From NCBI GenBank assembly GCA_051305815.1, contig JBPPLV010000027.1, positions 61,428 through 125,427 of the forward strand: a DNA stretch of 64,000 nucleotides. Direction: 5' to 3'. This stretch comes from Candidatus Malihini olakiniferum (GTDB lineage: Bacteria; Pseudomonadota; Gammaproteobacteria; Enterobacterales; Enterobacteriaceae). How positions within the stretch are numbered: the first letter of the stretch is position 1; each line of letters begins with the position of its first letter. This document shows positions 12,015 to 23,481 of the stretch, piece by piece. The notes under the pieces are model-generated. The model did not search any database and had not been told where the DNA came from. It was given only the letters and a program-made list of their open reading frames with translations. Made by a program: the position numbers and the translations under genes.

Positions 12015-12349
12015 CTATTCGCTTAAGATAAGCATACTAAAGAACGAAAATGTAGAAAAAAATGAAAATGAATGATTATTTATACTATTACAAAATTAAT
12101 ATATAGAACAATAAATAAAGAAATAACATGCACCTAAAAAATACATAACGGGATATAAAATGATGAAAAAAAACGCATTACCTATAACAAGTCTAGTTCA
12201 GAAAAAAAAGAATAGAGTATAACTAGAATATATCGAATCCTCGTAAATAAAAAGCTAAAATATATAGCAACAATCTAAAAAGATATCTTAAATAAAAATT
12301 CTCTTTCAAAAAAAAGATAACAGGACAAAAATACTGTAAACAACTATTA

Positions 12350-13470
12350 AAGTGTATGACATCACACATAAAACAACATTAGATTGTTTAAAAATTACTA
12401 TTTCTGACAATAAAGAACACAACATATTGTTTCAAGATGTTTTCTGCGTTGGCTTTTCCGGTTTAATAAATTCCAGTGCCACACCATGCTCTTCTGTCCA
12501 CTGCGCCAATGTGAGCGATACCCATTCTAGACTGTTATCCATATTTCTGGACCTTATCCATATACAGTTTCACGGATAAGCACAGTTGGCTACTATCCTG
12601 TCCAGCACCCGAACTACGCGTTGTGCCGGGATATTCAGGTCGATTTTTATCGCCAGCACTTCACGATTAAAATCGTCAACCACGTTGGGCGTGCGAAAAC
12701 GCCTGTCACACACCAGTGCATCATGACACCAGTGCATCATGCATAAAATCTACTGACCAGCTCTGATTGAGTTGTTCCGGTGTTGACAGCGGTGCGAATT
12801 ACGTACTGGCAAACGTTGCTTTCTCTCTGAGGAGAAAATTCAGTTTGACCACATATGTTTCTGTCTAAGTAGCTTCTGGAACAGCTTCTTGAAACCGTAT
12901 CGCGGATAACATTCCACCATTTTGGTCAGAGCCGAAATTACCTGCTCATCACGCCGGGTGTCGAGCTGGTAAAAATAGACCGTTTTGCTCAGCAATAACG
13001 CCCTGTATGCCTAGCGAATGCCCATCGTAAACTGCGCGGTTAGGTAACTGACGAACTCATGCTTTATCGCTAGTTTTAAAGATTTTTTTTCGATAACGTC
13101 TTTCAGTTCACGGTTTTCCAGACTCAAATAGGCAAACCTCTATTTCAGGCGTCGGTTTTCGTCCTCAAGATCTTTCATTTTTAATATCATAGACTTTCAT
13201 ACCCCCAAGCTTCACTTTCCAGTTGTAGTACGAGACTTCACATATCCAGTTTTGCGGCAAACATTTTTTACGGTACGTCCTGCCCACCATTGAGGTGCAG
13301 CTAAACACATGGCAAAAAAATTGCAGATGCGCTTTTACGTCAGCGATAAGGTTAAGCAGGTTCCAATCCAGACACCTAATTTTTCAGATGCACGTTAACG
13401 ATACCGCCCCTAGCGCTAACGATGAGTGGCAAGGGATTACTACAGAGTAGGGTTGCATGTGTACTCGCAT
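12350..13470 (-). mobile_element. IS3-family insertion sequence (orfA/orfB type), itself decayed
   Basis: The minus strand reads an orfA-like ..AGRTVKNVC.KTG...YYNWK.KLGGM...KDLEDENRRLK.. and an orfB-like ..FRTPNVVDDFNREVLAIKIDLNIPAQRVVRVLDRIVA..LRMDNGPE..LTLAQWTEEHGVALEFIKPEKPTQ. Both are interrupted by many stops and frameshifts. The terminal inverted repeats were not identified. Confidence 0.8.
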
Positions 13471-13509
13471 ATTTTTTCTCGTGGCACGAGCTATGTGGCA
13501 CGGCTATAA

Positions 13510-14685
13510 TTAATCTGAACCAAACAAATCTCGAGTATACACTTTATCAGCAACATCTGCCAATTCTGGCATCATACGGTTAGAAATAATAATATCTGTT
13601 ATTTCTTTGAATGCATCCAAATCGTGTATAACACGAGAACGGAAGAAGGTATCATCAGTCAGTACCGGTTCATAAACAACAACCTCGATACCCTTCGCTT
13701 TGATGCGCTTCATAACCCCCTGAATAGCAGACGCACGAAAGTTATCAGAACCAACTTTCATTACCAAACGATAAACACCCACAACTTTCGGGTCGCGTTC
13801 AATAATGGAATCAGCAATAAAATCTTTGCGAGTACGGTTTGCTTCAACAATCGCGCTTATCAGACTATTTGGCACGCTGGCATAGTTGGCAAGCAGTTGC
13901 TTAGTATCTTTAGGCAGACAATAACCACCGTAGCCAAAAGAAGGGTTGTTATAATAACTACCAATGCGAGGATCTAATACCACACCTTCGATAATTTGTT
14001 TGCTATCTAAACCATTAATCTGAGCATAGCTATCAAGCTCGTTGAAATAGGCTACACGCATTGCCAGATAGGTATTAGAAAACAGCTTAATTGCTTCCGC
14101 CTCAGTTGAGTCTGTAAATAAGACTGGAACATCTTTTTTGATGGCACCTCCAAGCAGTAGGTTAGCGAACTGTTCTGCACGCGCAGAACGTTCACCCACA
14201 ACAATCCTTGATGGGTAGAGGTTATCGTGTAGTGCTTTACCTTCTCGCAAAAACTCAGGAGAGAAAATTATGTTTTCAGTAGCGTACTTTTTCTTTACTA
14301 ACTTTGTAAAACCAACCGGAACAGTGGACTTGATTATCATCACTGCGTCAGGATTAATTTCTACTACATCTTGAATCACAGACTCAACAGACTGGGTATT
14401 AAAGTAATTAGACTCTGGATCATAGTCTGTTGGTGTAGCTATAATGACAAATTGAACATTTCTATATGCTAGATTTTTATCAAGCGTAGCATTGAAATTT
14501 ATGTTTCTTTTCTTCAGAAAAGAAACGATATCAGAATCTAAGATTGGAGATACTTGAGAGTTTAATAAACTAATTTTACTCTGATCAATATCAAGCGCTG
14601 TTACATAATTACGCTGAGCCAAAAGTAAAGCATTAGATAACCCCACATAACCAGTACCAGCTATTGCTATTCTCATATTATCCAC
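13510..14685 (-). CDS. ugd: UDP-glucose 6-dehydrogenase
   Basis: The 391-aa ORF has the NAD-binding [12 protein letters not shown] and catalytic [14 protein letters not shown] motifs. The true start may be the second Met (14676). Confidence 0.93.
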   Translation of the reverse strand: MDNMRIAIAGTGYVGLSNALLLAQRNYVTALDIDQSKISLLNSQVSPILDSDIVSFLKKRNINFNATLDKNLAYRNVQFVIIATPTDYDPESNYFNTQSVESVIQDVVEINPDAVMIIKSTVPVGFTKLVKKKYATENIIFSPEFLREGKALHDNLYPSRIVVGERSARAEQFANLLLGGAIKKDVPVLFTDSTEAEAIKLFSNTYLAMRVAYFNELDSYAQINGLDSKQIIEGVVLDPRIGSYYNNPSFGYGGYCLPKDTKQLLANYASVPNSLISAIVEANRTRKDFIADSIIERDPKVVGVYRLVMKVGSDNFRASAIQGVMKRIKAKGIEVVVYEPVLTDDTFFRSRVIHDLDAFKEITDIIISNRMMPELADVADKVYTRDLFGSD

Positions 14686-14699
14686 TCATTTTCTTTGGA

Positions 14700-17297
14700 A
14701 ATAAAAAAATATATTAGATATAGACTTAATTATTTACATCGGGGATGACGAAAATTTAAAAATGCAAAAAAAAAGCCGAAATTAAAGAAAAACACCCTTT
14801 AACAATTTGAACTATAAGCACTTTAAAGATATAACAAAAGGCCATGACACATGGGTAATGTATCAAAGATATTGCCATATCAATAATTATTTCTTTCATA
14901 TTTTCATGAGAAATTTTCTTTGAAAATATGGAGAGAAAGTGCTGGATTTTGTAATCGCTCATTACTTTAAACACTACTCCTTTCTTAGTAAATTTGTTTA
15001 ATCTTGAAAAAAAGGAACATCAACACTATACAAAGCATAATTTGTATCAAAAACAGAATTATATCCCTTTTTAAGGCATGACACAAGATTAAAAGACAAA
15101 GTCAAGCCTGATGATGTTAAATTAATTTTCATATAACCTAATTCATTTTTTAATCTCTTAGTCTCTTCTAAAAAAAATTACACCATTCACAACTAGATAG
15201 TATTTTTTTTATCATAATCATTCTCAATTAATAGCAAAATTAGATCAAAACCTTCATTCCTTAATATGCATTCAAAGAAATTAGCATGCAATACTGAATC
15301 ATCATCTAGGAATACATATTTATCAGAAAAACAGAACATGTCTATAAAATCATTATATACAAATTAGAGAGGTCTATTTGATAGATCTTGTGCAAAAATA
15401 AATAGATTTCTTTTTTAGTCATTTCCTCCTACGATTTTTATATTTCACCCAATGAAATAAAATATAGTCCATTATTAAAAATAAATATATTCACTTTATC
15501 TAAAAAAATGTCACCAGATAAAGGATTGAATAAAGATTGTAAAAAGTAAGAATTCTCAGCTTTTTTCCCACACAAGACGACTAATAATAGAAATTATTAT
15601 ACTCTCTTCACACCTCACAAAAATTAACATTCATATCAAAACTACAGCATTAAAAACATTAAAATAGACATTTGACTTTTAAGTAAAAAAGACATCATTA
15701 TTTTAGGAAATAGACTAACTATAATTTCGCAGATAAATAAACTATAAAACCATAGGGATAATTATATTCCCCAAAGCTCATAATTATATTATGAGAATTA
15801 TTTTTATAAGTTTCCCAACTACTTAAATATAAGAAAACTGCACAAAAAAATTTTTATACAAAAAATCTTTTTTTGATAAAAGCAGAAAATCATCATATAT
15901 ATGATATAAAATAAATTTTTATATCATATAGTATATTTCATAATGAAAGGGTCACCCCCTAAAGTTTCAACATATTTGTCGGATTGATTATTATAAACAT
16001 AGACAAAAACAACTTTTTAATATTAAATATTTTAATAAAGTCATATATGTATCCATGATGCCTGCTAATTTTGTTCAACACAAACAGATTAAGATTTTTA
16101 GAACGGTAAAATACCACATTTAGTGGGGTGGAGTAGTTTCATTTATACAAACATTTTCCGCTGAATTATTCCATACATATGATTTATAATAAAAATTAAT
16201 TTTTTCTAGAAAAACAACACTATAATCTATTTTATAAAATACTTTCTAAAGATTTTTCTCCATATTTTTTTAAAAGTTACTGCTAGAGCAGAATACTCTG
16301 GTGAACAATTTTTTTACAGAAGAACTAACATCATCTAAATTCTAATTTAGAAACAACATAAAATGTTTTTTTGTATTTTCGTGAATATAATAATTCAGTT
16401 TTAAAGTATTCAGGAAAAATAATTTTTTAAATATAGCATTTACTCAAATATACTACTAATGAATAATCACCCCAAAAACTATTCTTATTCATAATATCAC
16501 CGTAAATCATGTCTAATATATTTGAAATATAGACTTATTCATTACCAATATCTAGCTTACTGAAGAGAACAAGCTAAGTACCCTAAAAAAATTAAATACG
16601 TCACAGAAACTGTGACTATTCTTTACATTTTTATGAATAAGAAGGAATATTTTTTTAAAAACTATAAAAATATTATAAGACATGTAATTCTAAAAATAGA
16701 TTCATAAAAATAATCAATATATGTTTATTTGAAAATATTTTTTCGCGAAAAATTATAAAAAAATAAAAATTAATACTTCAACTAACCCAATAGAAAAAGC
16801 AATTAGATTATTAGGCCCTCTGATCATCATAAAAATAACAGGTAATGAGAATATATGAACAATAATATTATAAATTGAGATTAAATAATTTATTCCTAAC
16901 TCTTGAAATAATCACGCATAAATAATCACAGAACTAATTTATAAGGAGATACCGATCATAAAAAGAAAAGCATCTAATTTATTATTAATAATAAAATGTG
17001 AAATTGAGAAAATAATAATAATAAAAATCAAGAAAAATATAAATTTTAAACTTAAAAGTATGAATATATTTTGTCTATTTCTGATTTATCATTTGTATTT
17101 ATGCTAATAAGCCTTGCTGCAGAGTAATTAAAACCAAAATCAATAAAAAACCGCTATCAAAGAAAAATTTTAAGCATAATTAAACTTACAGAAAACTCTA
17201 TACCTAAAAATTAGTCAGATAAGAGATGGTTATCAAAGAAATGAAAAAATTGGATAACTGAACTAAATATAAATAAAAAGTCTCTTTGCCAATTTTT
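14700..17297 (-). other. Extremely AT-rich, essentially ORF-free tract: eroded O-antigen/glycosyltransferase/Wzx-Wzy genes
   Basis: Only one ORF of 60 codons or more is called in about 2.6 kb. Minus-strand reading shows scraps such as ..DKYVFLDDDSVLHANFFECILRNEGFDLILL.. (glycosyltransferase-like) and long runs of I/F/L/Y-rich membrane-like peptide broken by stops. Confidence 0.5.
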
Positions 17298-17815
17298 TTA
17301 TCCATTAAAAAACCATATCAAATATGCCATAAAATTATAAGTCACAGAATGATATTTTTTCGCCATAGCTATTTTTTCTGAAAGGGAAGACTGACCATTT
17401 ATAATACGAATTAGTTCCGCATGTTTATCTTTAATAACAAATCTATTATTAATATTAAAAAATTTATTTTTAATTTTTTTAAACCGCCTAAGCATGGTCG
17501 GAAAAAATATAATATATACAATACATTCTAATAATATACTTTTTTCCCTCACAGCTAAGAGCACCAACAGTATTTCTATCATGCTGCCAGTATTTAATTA
17601 GAAGCTCATCAAGATATATAATATTCCCATACAATGAAGCAACTAATGCAATCCACCAGTCGTGGATTCCTATATCAATAGGTATAGGTTCAAAAATTTT
17701 TTTCAACTTTTCATTGAACATCATTGAACAGCCAGGTATCTGATTAATTACAATAAAGTCCTCTAGCTTAGAGCATTTATTACTTTTTTGCATACTACTG
17801 AAAAAATATTTATTA
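17298..17815 (-). pseudogene. Family-2 glycosyltransferase, C-terminal half, frameshifted
   Basis: ORF 17488..17793 (..IPGCSMMFNEKLKKIF...HDWWIALVASLYGNIIYLDELLIKYWQH..N.VGA) continues in ORF 17298..17582. The N-terminal nucleotide-binding half is absent. Confidence 0.6.
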
Positions 17816-17849
17816 ATAATATTTAAATTTTAATCAACTATTTAGTGAG

Positions 17850-18412
17850 ATGCCATTGTTGCTTTCAACTTACCCAACTTTTTCCGTAACATAAATAGTA
17901 TCACTGCCCGTTAACGTATATGTTTCTTTACCAATGACTTTAAGCATCAATGGTTCGTCTTATCAACTTTCAGGCACATCAAGCCGCGAGACGGCAATCT
18001 GCCCAGGTTCATCAACAGAAAAACGCACAATCTCTTTCCCTACAATCGGGAAATACTTATGGCGTACATCAATGTTCAATGCAAGATCATTTATAGTTTT
18101 GCCTAGCACCATGCGTGATTTGATTAATTCAATTTCTGCTGCTGATTGTGATTTGGTATCCAGCAACATACTATTAAAATCTTTAACTAAAGAATCTCCA
18201 CCGCTTTGCTCCACCTAAATTAGCGCATCCGCATTATAGATAGGTGTGGCAAGCATGCCATACATAATGCCCACTATGGTAAATAGTGCTGTTACACCAA
18301 TAATTAGCCAATAATTATCTAGTAGGGTTTAAGCAATCGCCCTAAATCAATCTCATCTGAACGATCAACTGCAGACGTTTTCACTGAATTTTTCTCTGTT
18401 ATTGGTTTCTCT
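17850..18412 (-). pseudogene. wzc: Wzc/Etk-type tyrosine autokinase, N-terminal ~190 codons only
   Basis: The reading ..SDEIDLGRLLKP..DNYWLIIGVTALFTIVGIMYGMLATPIYNADALI*VEQSGGDSLVKDF...AEIELIKSRMVLGKTINDLALNIDV.HKYFPIVGK matches the Wzc N-terminus. The kinase domain is deleted. Confidence 0.75.
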
Positions 18413-18417
18413 GAAAA

Positions 18418-18854
18418 TTATCGATTTAAATCCTGCGCCCATTTTTTGGGCCGACTACTCTAGTTGCAAATAAAAAAATTCAAAAGCCTCATAGCTTTTT
18501 CGATAAGGATCCGCGATTTCTCTCTAGTTCAGCCAGTGACTAAACGGTATGATTTTGCCACGCACTTCCGGTGCCATGCGCCCCACGGCATCAATGTGGC
18601 TTTTTTTCCATCACTAAAATCAGATTATATTCCCGACACAAAGATTTAGTGAGTTGCTGAGCAGAATGCCTTTCCAGAGAAAGGCAGTGCGTACTGGACA
18701 CTTCACTGGCGGTGTCGTCCGCAGTGTGCTCCACTAACACTCATAACTCTGCGGAGGCGATTCTCTTGCTAGGTAACAATTATTTTAGCAACCGCTCCCC
18801 TGTCGGGGAACGGCAAATGTTGCCAACACACACCACTAAAATAGAATCAAACAT
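18418..18854 (-). pseudogene. wzb: Low-molecular-weight protein-tyrosine phosphatase (Wzb/Etp), frameshifted
   Basis: It starts MFDSILVVCVGNICRSPTGERLLK (CX5R P-loop) and then has stops and frameshifts. The tail ..SARKWAQDLNR* is in another frame. Confidence 0.75.
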
Positions 18855-18886
18855 GACTTTCTTCGCGTGCAGATGAATAGTTACGG

Positions 18887-20003
18887 CTAGGTACCGACAC
18901 GCAGAGAACCTTTAATCAGGTCATTAAAGCCCGAGATGGTCGGCACCAGTTGTGAGATAACTCGATTCCAACTCACTATAGGTGCAGTAGTCACATACAC
19001 CACATCATAAGGTTGCAGTTGGAACTCAGCGCCCGTCACCACTGCAGTCGCGTCTGCTCTGTGTTGAGCTGATAAATATCGGCCAGTTTCTGGCTTTGTG
19101 TACCGCGCAGCGGTACGAATAACAAACACACTCGTCACATCAGATATGGCCTAATCTATTGCCTCCGCATTACTTAACGCTTCGTTGAGTGTCATGCCAC
19201 TGCTGTCCATTTTCAGCGTGCTTTATTTTTTAACTTCCCCCATTACAAACACTTTAAGGCTATCGTTACGCGGCAAATAAAGGATATGACCGGGGTGGAG
19301 AAGTTAGTTCTGAGACAGGTCGCCTTTTACATCATCGCCTGGAGGGAAGCGTTTTTCCTGGCCGTATGGGTGAGCACCACGTTACTCTAGTCGGCGTTCT
19401 CTGTCAGCCCACCCGCTTTGTTGATAGCATCCAGAATGGTGAGCAGCACATTAGTAACCGACTGCTGGCCAGATGTTGCCACTTCACTAGAGACATACAC
19501 TTTCTGCGAAAGGAATGCGGCAATGCTCACTTCTACCTGCGGAGATTCAATATACTGCGCCAAGCGGCCCATGATCTCATTGCGCATTTGAGTGACTGTT
19601 TTGCCTGCTACTTTTACTTTACCAATGTACGGGTAAAAGATGGTGCCATCAGAGTGAACCCAGTTGCCGGTATCCGCTGCAATGTGGTAGGTCCCCACTG
19701 GGGTGATCCAACACGGTGACCATCAGCATATCACCCACATCGATTAGGTATTCGTAATTTTGCAATTCACGATCCAGCGCCGAGTTAGCTTGTGCAACTA
19801 GCGTTTTTTGCCCGTATTTTCTCAATCAGGTAGGGCGTCATCGGGTAAACGTTGACCAATTTACTGATGTCGAAGTCTGCATCTTGCTGCTTTATCACTT
19901 CTTTGCCGCTGGTCGTCAAATGTGAACCAGGAATAATGGTACAACCGCTCAGCAACACCACAGATACCACCATGGGTATCACTTTTCTTTTGTAAGCTAT
20001 CAT
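18887..20003 (-). pseudogene. wza: Wza polysaccharide-export outer-membrane lipoprotein, split into at least 3 frames
   Basis: ORFs 19785..20003 (lipobox LLSGCTIIPG, KLVNVYPMTP), 19387..19698 ([30 protein letters not shown]...[19 protein letters not shown]) and 18887..19138 ([33 protein letters not shown]) are collinear with Wza. Confidence 0.9.
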
Positions 20004-20130
20004 CCTGTTTATGCCATCATTTGTAGTAAGTTATAGGTCGCCGCTAATTCTCTGCCACTTTTCATAAAGAACTTCGGGCTCTATTGATTCCATGAGTTAC
20101 GGCTGTAAAAACGGATAATTTACTTATTCA

Positions 20131-21212
20131 TTACTTTTTTCTCACTTTACCATGCATTCCAGATAACGACTCAGCGCTATTTCTCATCAACCACGCCAAC
20201 AAACGCCAAACCCGGGTAATTAACCAGAAATAGCCAATAAACACTAGCAAAAATAAGCTAAGCACAACATTCTCTGAGAACCCTGCATACTCACCAAGCA
20301 TTCCAAACACCGCAAATACTAGCGCCATACATCCTATCATCACTAATGCTTGAAAGTTACTCCTCAGTCCTGCGCGCATCAACATGTGATGACAGTGTTC
20401 ATTATCCGGCTTAAACGGACTATCACCCCGACCGAATCCGTCGGATAATAATCACCGCCATGTCCATCAATGGAACCGTAATAAACCACAGAGCGGTCAC
20501 AGGACGCGATAATAGCATCGCCCTGAGTAGCCAGGATCAATAACCAGATAACAGTAAACTCAACCAGCATGCTTCCGGCATCCCCCCCATAAAAACCTTA
20601 AACTTTTCCCCCATATAAGCCAGAGGTTAAGCACAAGGTAAGTAACAGATGCTACCAATACGCATAAGTTCCACAACACTAACTCATTGTGGCCGCCCAG
20701 CTGCAACATCATAGACAATGCCCCAAACGTCACGCTAGAAAGTGTTGCAAGCAGACCATCCATGCCATCGATCATGTTAAACGCGTTGATCGCCCCCCCA
20801 CACACTGCAAATACAGTAATAAGGTATCCCAGCTAAACCGAGCATTAGCCCATACCCAAACAGAATATTGCTAGCCGTTGAGATAAAAAGATCGAACTAA
20901 ATCATCAGGCCGGCCACAGCGGCTTGCAAGATTGGGAGAACAGGAAGGTCAAATCGATCGTCCAGAATACCGACAAAGAAAGTAAACTGACACAAACCAT
21001 ATAGAGAGGGAATTCAGGTACCCAGGAGGGATGAAAAGCATAAAGAAGCCATAGCGAAAAAATAGAGAGATAACCCCCCTACCAGAGGGATATGGCCATC
21101 GTGATTCTTACGCGTGTTCATTTTATCAACTAGCCCTACTTTTATTGCCGTTTTTCTTGCTAGAAAAAAGCGTAATAAAAGCACCGATGAAGATAACCGT
21201 AATATCTTACAT
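20131..21212 (-). pseudogene. wecA: WecA/MraY-family (GT4) undecaprenyl-phosphate sugar-phosphate transferase, multiply frameshifted
   Basis: Pieces ..ARKTAIKVGLVDKMNTRKNHDGHIPLVGG.., AINAFNMIDGMDGLLATLS.., VFMGGDAGSMLVEFTVIWLLI.. and ..SPFKPDNEHCHHMLMRAGLRS.. lie in several frames. A TAA follows the putative ATG at 21212. Confidence 0.85.
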
Positions 21213-21251
21213 TTTGCACCATCACCAACCGTTAAGTTATTTCACATCAGA

Positions 21252-21287
21252 TACGCTACCGCCCTTGGCTTTATAGCTACCAACGTG
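21252..21287 (-). promoter_or_regulatory. JUMPStart element containing the ops (RfaH recruitment) site GGCGGTAGCGT
   Basis: The minus strand reads cacgTTGGTAGCTaTaAAGCCAaGGGCGGTAGCGTa. The JUMPStart consensus is cagtgctcTGGTAGCTgTtAAGCCAgGGGCGGTAGCGTg. It lies about 40 nt upstream of the wecA-like start. Confidence 0.8.
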
Positions 21288-21807
21288 TTGTTAAAATATG
21301 GAATACCGTCCACGGACCACAGTATGATTTATAGGTACTCATTTATTTTTACGGCTAGTTAAGCAATAAAACTGCGAAACTTTCAGAAAACAACCTTATG
21401 GTGCCGTTTAAGGCACTATAGTATGAAGTACATTTAACGATGTACAGGAGGTTCGTGGATTTACAAAGATTTTCAGATTAGGTCTATCCCACGCAATAAA
21501 ACCGCAATAACCTAAATAAATCACATATTTTTTTATATTTGAGTGTTTTTTAAACAAAAATGGTATTTTTTAATAAATCCTCATAAATGTTAGCACTCTT
21601 GTACGCACTGAGAAACCGTTTTTTTTGAAAGTTAGCGATTTTAAATCAGCAAGTTACGATGCTAAATAGTTGTAAATAAAGTAATTATATTTTCAATAAT
21701 TTTATGGGGATATTGTCTGGGTGGCAATATCCCCATAAACACTAGTCCAGCGCCAGCTGCGCTGCTAACCTACATCGATTCTGGTTGATACAGGTGAAAA
21801 AATTTAT

Positions 21808-23394
21808 ATGGAGTGGATCGCAGATCCCACTATCTGGGCCGGTTTGGCAACGCTTGTGGTGTTGGAACTGGTATTATGTATCGATAACCTTGTCTTTATT
21901 GCCATTCTGGCGGAAAAAATCCCCGAAAAACTTAGAGATCGCGTCCGCACTGTTGGCTTGTCACTCGCATTATCGATGCGTCTGGTGCTGCTTGCATCTA
22001 TGTCTTGGTTGGTGTCACTCACTACCCCACTTTTCACCCTGTTTCAGCAGCTGTTTAGCGCACGCGATATCATCATGATGGTAGGCGGGCTGTTCCTGCT
22101 GTTTAAGGCTACCGTTGAACTTAATGAACGTCTGGAAGGCAAAGATCAGGAGCAACACGGGCAGCGTAAAGGGGCACGATTTTGGGTTGTCGTGGCGCAA
22201 ATTGTTATTCTGGATGCTATCTTCTCGCTTGATTCGGTTATCACTGCAGTCGGCATGACAGATCACCTACTGGTGATGATGTCTGCCGTGACCATTGCCA
22301 TTGGGCTGATGCTGCTTGCCAGCAAACCGTTAACGCGGCTTGTTAGCGCCCACCCCACTATTGTAATTCTTTGCCTCAGCTTTTTGCTGATGATTGGCTT
22401 TAGCCTAGTTGCTGATGGTTTCGGATACCATATTCCCAAAGGGTATCTTTATGCGGCAATTGGTTTCTCCGTATTGATTGAGGTGCTCAATCAGGTTGCT
22501 CGATTTAACCGCCGCCGTTTTCTCACCTCCGATGTGCCGCTGCGCCAACGCACTGCCGAGGTGATTCTGAAAATCTTGCGCGGTGAACATGAAGATGCGG
22601 AATTAAATAACCAAGCGTCGAATCTGATTGGCGACAACGCACAAAGCGGTAACGCGGTGTTTAACCGTCAGGAACGCCGTATGATCGAGCGAGTGCTCGG
22701 TATGGGCCAACGTAGCGTGAGCAGTATCATGACCTCTCGCCACGATATTACCGCCGTTGAACTTCAATCTTTACAGGATGCGCTGGCAGCGCTGCTGGAA
22801 AAAAGCCCCCACACCCGATTGGTGATGATGGATAGCCCGACTTCCGATGAACCCGTGGGTATCGTGCACGTGGCCTCATTGCTACAACAGCAGTTACGCC
22901 ATGAACCGCTCGATCTGCATAAACTCGTGCGCCAGCCGTTGGTGTTTCCTGAGCAGATCTCTTTGTTGCAAGCTCTGGAGCAGTTCAGAGCTGCCAAAAC
23001 GCATTTTGCTTTCGTAGTAGATGAATTTGGTTCGGTGGAAGGTATTGTTACGCTTAGTGATGTTATGGAAACCATCGCCGGTAACCTGCCGGTGGAAGGA
23101 GAAGATGCCGATGCACGCCATGACATTCAACAAAACGAAGACGGTAACTGGATTGCCAACGGCTATACCCCGTTGGAAGATCTCGCTATGTACATTCCAC
23201 TGACTCTAGATGAAAAGCGAGAATACTACACGTTGGCCGGGTTGATGATGGAGTATACGCAGCGAGTGCCGCAAGAAGGTGATGAACTCACCATCGATGG
23301 TTATCGTTTCAAGATATTAAGCATGGAGAGCCACCGCATTGTGAAAGTAGCAATAACCCAGGAACGCTCTCCCGATCAGGATTATGAAGTATAA
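21808..23394 (+). CDS. yegH: TerC-family membrane protein with CBS pair and CorC/HlyC C-terminal domain
   Basis: The 528-aa ORF is collinear with E. coli YegH (MEWIADP.IWAGL...[23 protein letters not shown]...). Confidence 0.92.
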   Translation: MEWIADPTIWAGLATLVVLELVLCIDNLVFIAILAEKIPEKLRDRVRTVGLSLALSMRLVLLASMSWLVSLTTPLFTLFQQLFSARDIIMMVGGLFLLFKATVELNERLEGKDQEQHGQRKGARFWVVVAQIVILDAIFSLDSVITAVGMTDHLLVMMSAVTIAIGLMLLASKPLTRLVSAHPTIVILCLSFLLMIGFSLVADGFGYHIPKGYLYAAIGFSVLIEVLNQVARFNRRRFLTSDVPLRQRTAEVILKILRGEHEDAELNNQASNLIGDNAQSGNAVFNRQERRMIERVLGMGQRSVSSIMTSRHDITAVELQSLQDALAALLEKSPHTRLVMMDSPTSDEPVGIVHVASLLQQQLRHEPLDLHKLVRQPLVFPEQISLLQALEQFRAAKTHFAFVVDEFGSVEGIVTLSDVMETIAGNLPVEGEDADARHDIQQNEDGNWIANGYTPLEDLAMYIPLTLDEKREYYTLAGLMMEYTQRVPQEGDELTIDGYRFKILSMESHRIVKVAITQERSPDQDYEV

Positions 23395-23481
23395 AAAAGC
23401 AGTAACCGCATTTACATAAATAGCTGCAAAACAGAGAGGTATATCCCCCACCGAATAAACAGTGAGGGATGCCCCTTCATA

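Noticed and set aside
14700-17297. A CRISPR array or other periodic repeat structure in the AT-rich tract.
   Set aside because: I found no regularly spaced direct repeats of 24-40 bp. The short palindromes there (for example atatgatataaaa/ttttatatcatat at 15899..15929) are expected by chance at this base composition.
21703-21737. A 13-bp-stem hairpin (tatggggatattg...caatatccccata) 70 bp upstream of yegH, considered as a riboswitch or terminator.
   Set aside because: It has no flanking U-tract on either strand and no resemblance to the yybP-ykoY or other riboswitch cores I know. I noted it only as a structure.
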